Below, piece after piece: positions 48,223 to 57,421 of a DNA stretch of 60,272 nucleotides. The DNA lies in contig JAGVYH010000004.1 in the NCBI GenBank assembly GCA_018303325.1, positions 1-60,272 on the forward strand. The letters run 5' to 3'. Every line of letters starts with the position of its first letter. Position 1 is the first letter of the stretch. The translations under genes were made by a program, and so were the position numbers. The stretch comes from Candidatus Woesearchaeota archaeon (GTDB lineage: Archaea > Nanobdellota > Nanobdellia > Woesearchaeales > DSVV01). The notes below the pieces were generated by a model, which had not been told where the DNA came from, ran no database searches, and saw only the letters and a list, made by a program, of their open reading frames with translations.

Positions 48223-48270
48223 TATACTAAACTGAATTAGTTTTCCTACAAATTAATCACTTTTAGTATA
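48223..48270. repeat. Degenerate family-1 unit
   Basis: TATACTAAAC...AAATTAATCACTTTTAGTATA, 48 nt. Confidence 0.6.
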
Positions 48271-48308
48271 CCACTGAAATATTAAAACTCAATAAAAGGT
48301 GTTCCTAA

Positions 48309-50351
48309 ATGAATAGAACTGCGCACAAAAAACTATTTCATGACTTTTTATACGATAGAAGTGTACTTACTAGACTTTCTGATGCTGTGTTAGATAGGGG
48401 AACAATTGGAGATGATGATACAGAGCAGCAAAAATTAAAAGCATTGATGGCAAGAGAACAAAAATGGAAAGAACACCTAGCATTTTATGTTTTTCTCGAA
48501 GAATATTATGATGTATTGAGAAGACATTATAAGCTAGTGCAGGAGCCTGAAAAAAAAGCACAAAATCCACAAGAGCAAACAGAAACAAGAGGCAAGTTAA
48601 TTCCACTTAATAGAAGAGTAGAGAAGGTATTAAGAGAAAAAGGAGTGATAGTTGATAATGGAGTAAGTAGTGATGGCTCTGCAGAAAGAGAAAAGCCTAG
48701 TGAATATATGCCTAGCGAGGATATAAGAACACTAGTGGATAAAACAGCACAAGCGAATCGAAGAGACCCCTTAAGCGAAAGACGAGAAGAAAAGAATATA
48801 AGAAGAAAAATAAGAGAAGAAATACCTATAGGTGGAAATGCAAGAACAGATAATTCAAGTATTGACTCTGTTGTTGAAAAACATCAAAATAAACAATTAA
48901 CTGAATTAGTTCAAAGAAAACCCACAACTTATTTGCTTGAATATGCAAAAGACGTAGGTGTCGGCGGTGAAGAAAAAAATATTCTTTCTGTTGCCTTTGG
49001 GATACTTGGTGGTGTTAATATTATGTTTATCAGCCCAAGTGGTTCTGGAAAAACTGTAATTATTGATGCATGTTTAGGATTGTTTCCAGAAGGCATGATT
49101 TATAAGATGGTCTCAAGCACAAATGCTGCTGAAATGAGGAATTTTGAAGAGATGAATCATGCAAGAATAGGTTATATTATCGAAGCAAAGAATTATCTTA
49201 CAGAAGGCAATGACAATGATCATTATAAAATGATTTTGTGTCTTGCTGAGGGAAAAGATTATCCGCGAAAAGTAACAAGCCCAAGCATTAATCCAGAAAC
49301 AGGCGACAGGAGAGTTTTGGAATTCTTATTAAAAGCAAACAAATCATTCATAACAGCTGATGCAATAGAAAGTTATCTAGATTTAAGTGAAGAAATGAGA
49401 AGAAGATTTGTTGAGCTGAGAACAGATACTAGTGAAGAACACATAGGTGAAGTGATAAGAACTGTTGCAAGGAATATGAGCGGGCTTCTAAAAACAAAAC
49501 AAGCTTTAAGCTCAAAAGAAGAAACTGCTTTAAAATCTTTAATTGGCGAGGGCATGAATCTTAAATATGTTGAAATGATAAATCCATTTGAGAATACCCT
49601 GCATAAAATTATCCCAAGAAAAATAAGAGCAATTAGTTACACAAAAAATCTCTTCAAAATGATATATGGTTCTATGTTGCTCCACAATCATGAAAGAATA
49701 ACACACGACGGAAAAATGTATGTTGAAATGCAGGATGTTTACAATGCAATGGAAGTGTATTTTCAGCAAATGTGCAAATCGATTATAGGATATCCTGTTT
49801 TTGGCGACGAAATCATGAAAGTTATATACGATTATGTTGCTAGAAAACAAGGTGGTATGGAAAAAAGAAGCGAAACTGAAAGTTCACATGAAATGCAAGA
49901 ACCTGAAAAAAGGCAAGAAATTATCGCCTCACAAGTTCCAGATAATTTTAATTTAATTAATCCTAATGATATTTATTTTACTGCAGATAATATTTATAAG
50001 ATGGTAAAAAAGTTAAATGGATATTCAAGAATGAATATAGACACACTTGGCAAGATACTTAACGAGCTTTTTGTTTGTGAATGTTTGGAAAAGAATGAAG
50101 ATGATTACAGAGCAAAAAATCCAAGTTATAGACTACCTCAAAGTATGCCTTTTATTGAAGTGAACTATAATTGGGAACAAGGTTTTGCTGATGCATATCA
50201 ACGCCTGAAATCAGAAGAACCAAAAATGGCAGAGATATGGAAATCTAAACAAATGAAAGATAATCAGTTAGTGGTATTTCACCCAATAACAGGAGAAGAA
50301 AAAATTTTGTGTTCAGTAGAATGTCTGAACAGCGGTGGTATAAATGAGTAA
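48309..50351 (+). CDS. P-loop (AAA+/MCM-like) ATPase with possible C-terminal winged helix
   Basis: ISPSGSGKT Walker A, GYIIEA degenerate Walker B, EEMRRRF...TDTSEE. Confidence 0.7.
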   Translation: MNRTAHKKLFHDFLYDRSVLTRLSDAVLDRGTIGDDDTEQQKLKALMAREQKWKEHLAFYVFLEEYYDVLRRHYKLVQEPEKKAQNPQEQTETRGKLIPLNRRVEKVLREKGVIVDNGVSSDGSAEREKPSEYMPSEDIRTLVDKTAQANRRDPLSERREEKNIRRKIREEIPIGGNARTDNSSIDSVVEKHQNKQLTELVQRKPTTYLLEYAKDVGVGGEEKNILSVAFGILGGVNIMFISPSGSGKTVIIDACLGLFPEGMIYKMVSSTNAAEMRNFEEMNHARIGYIIEAKNYLTEGNDNDHYKMILCLAEGKDYPRKVTSPSINPETGDRRVLEFLLKANKSFITADAIESYLDLSEEMRRRFVELRTDTSEEHIGEVIRTVARNMSGLLKTKQALSSKEETALKSLIGEGMNLKYVEMINPFENTLHKIIPRKIRAISYTKNLFKMIYGSMLLHNHERITHDGKMYVEMQDVYNAMEVYFQQMCKSIIGYPVFGDEIMKVIYDYVARKQGGMEKRSETESSHEMQEPEKRQEIIASQVPDNFNLINPNDIYFTADNIYKMVKKLNGYSRMNIDTLGKILNELFVCECLEKNEDDYRAKNPSYRLPQSMPFIEVNYNWEQGFADAYQRLKSEEPKMAEIWKSKQMKDNQLVVFHPITGEEKILCSVECLNSGGINE

Positions 50352-52182
50352 ACCTCAAGAAGATAAACAGCGAATAAGCTTGAGTATATGGGCAGAGAAT
50401 AAGGGAGAATTAGATAGGGCAATAACTAACGCAGGCAAATTAGTTAGAAAAATAAGAACGTTTGATGATGATTTAACAAAAAGTAGAGAAGAAATAATTG
50501 CCGTTCAGAGAGAATTAGAAGATTGTTTAAATGTGTATGATCCTCTAAGTGTATTTGAGACTTCACCGTACAAAGAATCAGTATGGAGAAAAATAATCCC
50601 TTTAAAGGAAATGATTGAAACCATTAACTCGGCAATTGGAGGATATTTGAAACAGCAAACTAAAAAAGTAAATACAAAGGTTTCTCGTTTGATATTAGAA
50701 TCAGTGAGCAGAACATCTACTGATGCTGATGTAACAATTGATAATTTGAATAGTACAGCGCATGGCTATTACTTATTAATAGAAGCAATAACCTTACCTA
50801 ATTTTAAAGCGGCATTAACCTCTCTTCCTTCAATACACCAGCCAAACCAATTCATCCTCTCCTACGGCCATGCCGTCCATTCTTTAGGCAGTTTTCACGA
50901 CGATAAAATTATCCAAAAATATCTGCACTCGTCATCACCCATAGAAGTAAGGGCAGTTAAAGACGACCTTGAGAGAAGACTGGATGGGATAATTAGGGTG
51001 GAGAGACCTGTCGTCGAGGATTTCCTCAGCGAGGTTCCGACAGGCGATGCAGACATTTCAAGGCGACAGAAAAAGAAATTCTTGGACGAGAGTTTGACGC
51101 CGAAGATAAATGCTTTATATAGAGAAATGCAGTTAGTTTGCTCGTCAGGCATGAAATATTTTGATTTAAGGCGAGAGTTAAGGGCAGATGTGATGTATCT
51201 GGAGAGAAGCGCTGCTTTATTGCAGAGAATTGGAGATAAAATTAAAGATAATGTTAAACAAGAATCAACAACAACAGAAGAAGTCAAAGAACTTTTAGAT
51301 ATATCAACACATAAAAGTTATTTGTTAGTTCATAAGGAATTAGAAGGCATGGTTTTTGTTGGAAGAGAAGCGAAAAGATACAATGAGCTTTATTCACAGG
51401 TTGTTGGCGAGGCAAAAGAATTGTTGATTAAATTGGATAATGAAGCAAGAATATATAAGGATGTAGTTGAAAAAAAAGCAGGTAAACCTGTTGTAGTTAA
51501 TGATGAGATTGATAATAATACATCTAAACCGCAGAGAGCACAAGAAGCAATTCCATCAGCTAAAGAAGCAACTATCTCTCAAACAGCTGCTCAAAGGCCA
51601 AAACTGGAAGTTGTTTCTGGTTATGCTGTTGTAAAAGTAAAAACACAGCAAAATTCAGAAAAAGCAGGAACACAAACAGAAGTATCAACTGGTGCATCAA
51701 CAAGAGTATCAAGAAGAGAAGAAAGACCTGTAAGAAGTGTTGAATATGTTGAGTGTGTTGAGAGTGTTGAACATGTTAAACCAGCGCAAACATCGCAAGT
51801 AACTTCATCATCTTACAGCACAAATACAACTTCAGCTTATGACATAACAGCTAAACTGCAAGACATAAATGAGCCCGAAGATCCAGCATTAAAATCATTT
51901 TATAATCTATTGTATGGGCGGGACCAAATTGGAAGATTTATAATTGCATCTCCAACAGAGATTGCGCAGATGTTCAGATTAATTAAATTGCAAAGAAATG
52001 ATGGAGTGGAAAAAGGCAGAGAGGAGAAACGCATTTATAGCGAAACAGATAAAACCTTTTTGAGAGAAGCTATTGGATATTTAAATAATCCTGAAACATT
52101 GATGTATGGAGCGATAAAAGGAAGCGATGTTATTAAATCTGCGCCAAGATTAATGCATGATGCAATGATGATAATAAGATAA
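50344..52182 (+). CDS. Hypothetical helical protein with disordered linker
   Basis: 612 aa, overlapping the upstream stop by 8 nt. Confidence 0.7.
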   Translation: MSKPQEDKQRISLSIWAENKGELDRAITNAGKLVRKIRTFDDDLTKSREEIIAVQRELEDCLNVYDPLSVFETSPYKESVWRKIIPLKEMIETINSAIGGYLKQQTKKVNTKVSRLILESVSRTSTDADVTIDNLNSTAHGYYLLIEAITLPNFKAALTSLPSIHQPNQFILSYGHAVHSLGSFHDDKIIQKYLHSSSPIEVRAVKDDLERRLDGIIRVERPVVEDFLSEVPTGDADISRRQKKKFLDESLTPKINALYREMQLVCSSGMKYFDLRRELRADVMYLERSAALLQRIGDKIKDNVKQESTTTEEVKELLDISTHKSYLLVHKELEGMVFVGREAKRYNELYSQVVGEAKELLIKLDNEARIYKDVVEKKAGKPVVVNDEIDNNTSKPQRAQEAIPSAKEATISQTAAQRPKLEVVSGYAVVKVKTQQNSEKAGTQTEVSTGASTRVSRREERPVRSVEYVECVESVEHVKPAQTSQVTSSSYSTNTTSAYDITAKLQDINEPEDPALKSFYNLLYGRDQIGRFIIASPTEIAQMFRLIKLQRNDGVEKGREEKRIYSETDKTFLREAIGYLNNPETLMYGAIKGSDVIKSAPRLMHDAMMIIR

Positions 52183-52260
52183 ATGTTTAATAAGCATGAT
52201 GTTTCCATTAAACACAATGTTTCCATAAATCAAATTTGAATTTACTCACGAGGAATAACA

Positions 52261-53595
52261 ATGAAAAACTATATAAATGGAATGGTTATACCTTCTGGTA
52301 TGAATCTTGATGAAATTGTAGCAGAAACAGTTGGTTCAACAGATGGCGCTATTTCTCATAAAACCGAAAGTATTTCTGGCGAAAAAGGCAGGTTTCATAA
52401 AGCATTTGATTATGTTGCTGATAAGGCAGGAGTAGTTCTTAGTAAAGTTCTTAATAAATCAGAGGCGATTCTTAGTGGTGTAGGTTTGGCTGCTTTAATT
52501 GTTGTTGGTTCGGCGGATGCTGAGGCGCGGACAAAATGTACTAATCCTGTAATCCAAGTGGAACAATGTTTCAACAAGAGGGGTGGAGAAAAAGGAAATA
52601 TCTGCTTGTCTACTATTCGTGTAATAAAATGCAATGATGATGATAAATTTGAATTAATATATAAAACAGATGCAGATGGTATTTCTTTAAAACAAATGGA
52701 TACTTCTCAGCCAAACCAATTATTGTATCATCTAAGAGCAAATCCAAAAAATATTGGGTTTGGAAATAATTATTTTAATATTGTTTATTATTTGGTTGAT
52801 GAAGATGATGCTGTTATTGCAAAATACCCTTCAGATGGAAGAGAATTTGAAAGGATACCTTTAAAATATGAAAAAAGAAGTTATAAACTTATAATCCATC
52901 CGAAAATTTCCTATTCACATCTCTTTGGAAATAATAGCGAATGGCTAAAAGCATTAAATCCTGAATTAAGTGGATCATTTAAAGTTTCTTTCTCACCTAA
53001 GGTTGATGATGTAAACTTTTTTTTAATCGCTCAAAGTAATGCTTATAATCATTTTTCAAAAAGCAGAACAAATGTTGGTTTTGGCGGAGAAATGCGCAGG
53101 TTGTTCAGAACAATACCTTTTGGTGGATTTTTAGCTTTAGGCTATAATAATGTTGACTTTTCTTCAGCAACGACAGAAGTTCAATTTACTGTTTTTGGTG
53201 ATGAAATAGGAAATTGTACATTATCTCCGTTGGATGATTTTGAATATAAAGCCAGTGCTTCTTGGGTTTTCAATCCAAATCATAATAATACTGGTGGTTT
53301 ATTCACTGTAGATGGTTCTCTGGAATCTTTGTTTGATATAGGTAAAATAGGTTCTCTTTATCTTTTGGGGATACATGCAGATGGTCAAATGAAACAGTGG
53401 ATAGATGTTCCACAAACAGAAAGAGCTACTTTTAAAGGAGACAGATATGTTCAAGTAGGTGTCGGACCGAAAATGAGGGTTGTATTTAATTCATTGGATG
53501 ATTTTAGAATTGATTTTAAATTAAAACCATTTTATTCTCCAGGAAAAGATGAAGATACAACAGAAGTCTTATTTACTGTCGGTGGCGAGTTGTAG
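52261..53595 (+). CDS. Secreted protein with beta-barrel-like C-terminal half
   Basis: Internal signal GVGLAALIVVGSADAEA; many amphipathic strands; ends TEVLFTVGGEL. Confidence 0.55.
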   Translation: MKNYINGMVIPSGMNLDEIVAETVGSTDGAISHKTESISGEKGRFHKAFDYVADKAGVVLSKVLNKSEAILSGVGLAALIVVGSADAEARTKCTNPVIQVEQCFNKRGGEKGNICLSTIRVIKCNDDDKFELIYKTDADGISLKQMDTSQPNQLLYHLRANPKNIGFGNNYFNIVYYLVDEDDAVIAKYPSDGREFERIPLKYEKRSYKLIIHPKISYSHLFGNNSEWLKALNPELSGSFKVSFSPKVDDVNFFLIAQSNAYNHFSKSRTNVGFGGEMRRLFRTIPFGGFLALGYNNVDFSSATTEVQFTVFGDEIGNCTLSPLDDFEYKASASWVFNPNHNNTGGLFTVDGSLESLFDIGKIGSLYLLGIHADGQMKQWIDVPQTERATFKGDRYVQVGVGPKMRVVFNSLDDFRIDFKLKPFYSPGKDEDTTEVLFTVGGEL

Positions 53596-53735
53596 AAGTA
53601 AGAATAAACAATTATAAGAACTATTAAACTAAACTTCTAATTAACTTAACACTAATTATATAGTTAAACTAATCACTCTAATTAATGTAAATTAAATATT
53701 CATATAATATGTACTTTAAATCAAAACAATAATTA

Positions 53736-56700
53736 TCACTTCTTTTTTTTAAATTCAATTTGTATAAACACTTGCCCTTGTTGCAAATATCTCCCTGGTT
53801 TCATTTCATTCATTAAAATGTCTCTAATAACAGATGGTGTAGAATCTAATTTTTCTACCTCAATGTCAACCTTATCTGTTAATCCTTCTGTTTTTATATA
53901 TCCGAATTCTTCAGCAATTTGTTCTTTATTAGTTCTAATTTTTAATTTTCCTGAAATGCTAGTCAAAGACAAATTATGTTCTACAATGTAATTAATTGTA
54001 TCTTCCATCTGTTTTCTAAAAGACAGCGATATTTCTAATCCTGAGATGTAACCTTCATACATACAATCTTCGTGGCCACATTTTATACCATCCCCTTCAA
54101 CCAGAAATGTATCCAAAACCTTGTATCTTATAACATATCCGCCATTAAGTGAAATTTCTTCCCAACTATGAAAATAAACAGGTGTTACTCTTATTGTTGA
54201 TTTATCTGTCATCTTACCTTCTAATGTTTGGCACATTCCACTTGAGCCATCTGTTGCGTTTAATTCAACATAAACTGTTTTTTTCAATGGAGCGCCAGTG
54301 TCTTTATCATAATTTATGACAAAAATGTGGTCGTCGATATTTTTGACTTTGACACCTGCTGTGTTTGAGGTGACAATTATATTATCTCCTTCAGGGTCAA
54401 CAAACATATCTTCACTATGCATTCTTACATTTGAACCTTTGGGAATATATCGTGTTATATTTCCTTTTGCATCATTCTTAACTCGTGGACAATCATTCAC
54501 AGGAGTTACAGCAACCCAGAACCAGTTTTCGACACTATAATTCTCGTCGCTGACAGTAATCTTAATTTTTACTGCTCCATTTGCATCTAATCCGGTTGAT
54601 GTTCTAAGTGTGTAAAAATCTGGTCCTGTAGAACTAATCGGTATTTTACGCCCTTCTTTTGTGGCTTTAACCTTTCCAGCAACAATTTCCCCTACGACAT
54701 CTTTTCCTTTATCAAAGACTTCAACACTATTTACTTTAAGTTTGCTGTTTCCACCATCATCACTAAAATAATCTTCAAGAATAATTTCTTTAGAACCATG
54801 TTCACTAACATAAACAACTGTTCCTTTTTTCAATGCTTCTGGTTTTTTATTCGAAAATTCAAAGCAATATGTTGAACAATCACCTTCTTCTGTTCTTATT
54901 GATAATTGTGCTTTGCCAATATATGGCTTTCCATCTTTATCCTTTTTTGGTATGATTGTTAATGTGCCGTTATCTTTATTATAAACTGGTTTCGCAAGTT
55001 TATTTGAATCATATTCTATTCCTTTCTCAGGATTAAATTCTTTTTTTAAGTCATCCTTTGTTTTTATACCATCAATTCCTTCTTTGACCAAATCAATTTC
55101 AATTGGATCTGAAACGTGTCGTCTTGGATATGTTTTAAGTTTAATTTCTCCTAAATCGTTTGTTTGTGATGGCTGAGGTTCATGTGGTTGTTCTGGCTGT
55201 TTTGTAACAAACCAACCCCAACTAAGTATTTTATCAATATTATCGTTTACTCCTTCTGGTGCTCGTCTAGGATTCGCAATCATATCTGATTCAGCTATTC
55301 TTGGTGTAGATGATGGTGATGGTATTTTAGGTTGACGTATTAAATCATTCATATTATTAGTTTCCTTGTCTGGTTTAGATACAGGAGCCGACTCGGGTTC
55401 TGAACAAGTGACTTCACCACAAATAATGTCTAATGAACGAGGACAGCAGAGGTGATAATTATTATAAAGATAATAACCTAATGCGCCTATTCCTAACACA
55501 GCTGCAGTAATACCTCCAATTATAATCTTTTTTTTATGTTTTTGGTAAAATGAAACAGATTTATCTTTTAATTGTTGTGCTATTAAATTAATTGTCATAG
55601 GAACTTTTGCCTTTTTGCCTTTTTGTTCTAGAGCTGTTTCTAATTTCTGTACTGCTTTGTCTTTCCGTGCTGCTTCATCTACAGAATCGTCAAGAGTCAA
55701 GGTTTCTTCTTCTCCTTTTGTGGTGGGTGATTGTGGAACTGCAGGTGAAGTAGATAGTGGTTGTTGTGCACCTGGCGATGGAGCAGGTTGTTGTGGTGCA
55801 GATGATGATGTACTTACTTTTTGTTTTGGTGGTGGTGGAGGAACTGCGTGAGACGGTGTGGGTTGTGGTGCAGATGGCTCTGATGTTTTTTTCGGTTTTA
55901 TCCCTAATTGTTCTGCTATTGTTTTAAGCCCACTATAACATGCGCCACCCACTTTTCCAAACAAAGATTCCTTTTCTGTTTCTTCTTCAACAATATCTTC
56001 AACAGATTCATACTTAAAATACTGTGGATACTTCTTTTCTAATTTGTTCAATACGCCTGATGAATTATCAGGTGCCAGTAAATCTTCGACAGAAGTGTAG
56101 TTGCCGCTAAGACTACCTGTTCCTCTGACCAATATAGGTATGAATGCGTCTAAGAATTGTCCGTCAGAGCCGTTTAATATTTCTTTATTATTCTTCTCTA
56201 TTATTTGCCTTAACATTTTTCCATATTGTGATTCAACGCATTCTAAAAGAGTGGTATATTCTCTTGATCTTACTTCATTTTCAATTTTTTCAACATTATT
56301 GCTACCATATTCATTTACAAATAGTTCTCTATAAATCTTCAAAAGTTCAAGACCTCTTTGTTGAATTTTCTCTTCTGCTTTCCTCTTTTCCGTATCAAAC
56401 AGTTTTTTGTCTAATTCTTCTATTTCCTTGTCTTCAGATGCTCTTTTAAGAATGTTAATCATATAACTTAAATGATTGCCTTTAAGATAAAATGCTGAAT
56501 TGCCTGTTAAGGTCCACACTGCTAAATTTGTAGCTTGGAAAATATCTATAGATGGTTTGGCTGGCTGTTCACTAGAATCAGTCATCATTAACTCTAAAGG
56601 GCTTCCATCTTCATTATACCATGCAATTTTGCGGTCAGAATGGCCTTTGTAACAAGTTTTGTAGTTGCCTGCTGAATGTGACCCAACAGCGCGTTTTTGA

Positions 56701-57407
56701 TTAAAAAAAAGACCTATTTGCATATCTTTTTTTCTTGCTAATCCATAGTCAATTAATATAATGTCAGATAATTGACGTATTCTTCTTTTTTTCCCAGTGG
56801 CACCTTCAATTTTTGTAGAATATTTTAGGAATACATTACCAGGTGTAACGTCAAAATGAATAACACCTTCCTTATGTAAAACATTTAGCTGAGACAGCAA
56901 TTTTCTATAAAATGACAATGCATGCGATAATTTGAGAGTTTTTGTGGTAACTTCACATCCGTTTATATCTTCTCCTTCTTCCTCTTCTTTTTCGCGTTTT
57001 GCTTTCTCAAACTCAATCACATCATCAAGTGTTACTGCACCAAATCGCTTCATATTCTTCATAAAATAAATATCTGTTCTCTCCTTGAAAGAATCTTCAT
57101 TTTTTAATCTTAATTGTGCAATAAAAGGGCTCTCAAGTTTAGATAATAATCCACTTTTTTCTAAATGTTTGTGAACATAAATATCATTTCGTGTTACTCC
57201 CCGACTGTTTCCAGAACTGATTTTTACACAAAAGCTGTCTGTCTCGTCAAAAAGGACAACACTAAATTTTCCTCGCTCTATCTCCCTTTTATCAACTTTT
57301 GTAAGATCAAAATTATATATATCATTATAATATTCAACTTTAAGCATATCGCCTTCTATCCATGCCTTTGTATCACTTCCTTCTTCATTAGTATTATCAG
57401 CTGCCAT
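53736..57407 (-). CDS. Membrane-spanning Hanks-type Ser/Thr kinase with extracellular cadherin/Ig-like repeats
   Basis: FCVKI, VIHFDVTPGNV, LIDYGLAR and DIFQ; Pro-rich linker; TM IIIGGITAAVLGIGALGYYLY; VTPVNDCP and FVDPEGD. Confidence 0.8.
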   Translation of the reverse strand: MAADNTNEEGSDTKAWIEGDMLKVEYYNDIYNFDLTKVDKREIERGKFSVVLFDETDSFCVKISSGNSRGVTRNDIYVHKHLEKSGLLSKLESPFIAQLRLKNEDSFKERTDIYFMKNMKRFGAVTLDDVIEFEKAKREKEEEEGEDINGCEVTTKTLKLSHALSFYRKLLSQLNVLHKEGVIHFDVTPGNVFLKYSTKIEGATGKKRRIRQLSDIILIDYGLARKKDMQIGLFFNQKRAVGSHSAGNYKTCYKGHSDRKIAWYNEDGSPLELMMTDSSEQPAKPSIDIFQATNLAVWTLTGNSAFYLKGNHLSYMINILKRASEDKEIEELDKKLFDTEKRKAEEKIQQRGLELLKIYRELFVNEYGSNNVEKIENEVRSREYTTLLECVESQYGKMLRQIIEKNNKEILNGSDGQFLDAFIPILVRGTGSLSGNYTSVEDLLAPDNSSGVLNKLEKKYPQYFKYESVEDIVEEETEKESLFGKVGGACYSGLKTIAEQLGIKPKKTSEPSAPQPTPSHAVPPPPPKQKVSTSSSAPQQPAPSPGAQQPLSTSPAVPQSPTTKGEEETLTLDDSVDEAARKDKAVQKLETALEQKGKKAKVPMTINLIAQQLKDKSVSFYQKHKKKIIIGGITAAVLGIGALGYYLYNNYHLCCPRSLDIICGEVTCSEPESAPVSKPDKETNNMNDLIRQPKIPSPSSTPRIAESDMIANPRRAPEGVNDNIDKILSWGWFVTKQPEQPHEPQPSQTNDLGEIKLKTYPRRHVSDPIEIDLVKEGIDGIKTKDDLKKEFNPEKGIEYDSNKLAKPVYNKDNGTLTIIPKKDKDGKPYIGKAQLSIRTEEGDCSTYCFEFSNKKPEALKKGTVVYVSEHGSKEIILEDYFSDDGGNSKLKVNSVEVFDKGKDVVGEIVAGKVKATKEGRKIPISSTGPDFYTLRTSTGLDANGAVKIKITVSDENYSVENWFWVAVTPVNDCPRVKNDAKGNITRYIPKGSNVRMHSEDMFVDPEGDNIIVTSNTAGVKVKNIDDHIFVINYDKDTGAPLKKTVYVELNATDGSSGMCQTLEGKMTDKSTIRVTPVYFHSWEEISLNGGYVIRYKVLDTFLVEGDGIKCGHEDCMYEGYISGLEISLSFRKQMEDTINYIVEHNLSLTSISGKLKIRTNKEQIAEEFGYIKTEGLTDKVDIEVEKLDSTPSVIRDILMNEMKPGRYLQQGQVFIQIEFKKKK

Positions 57408-57421
57408 TGTTATCACCTTGT

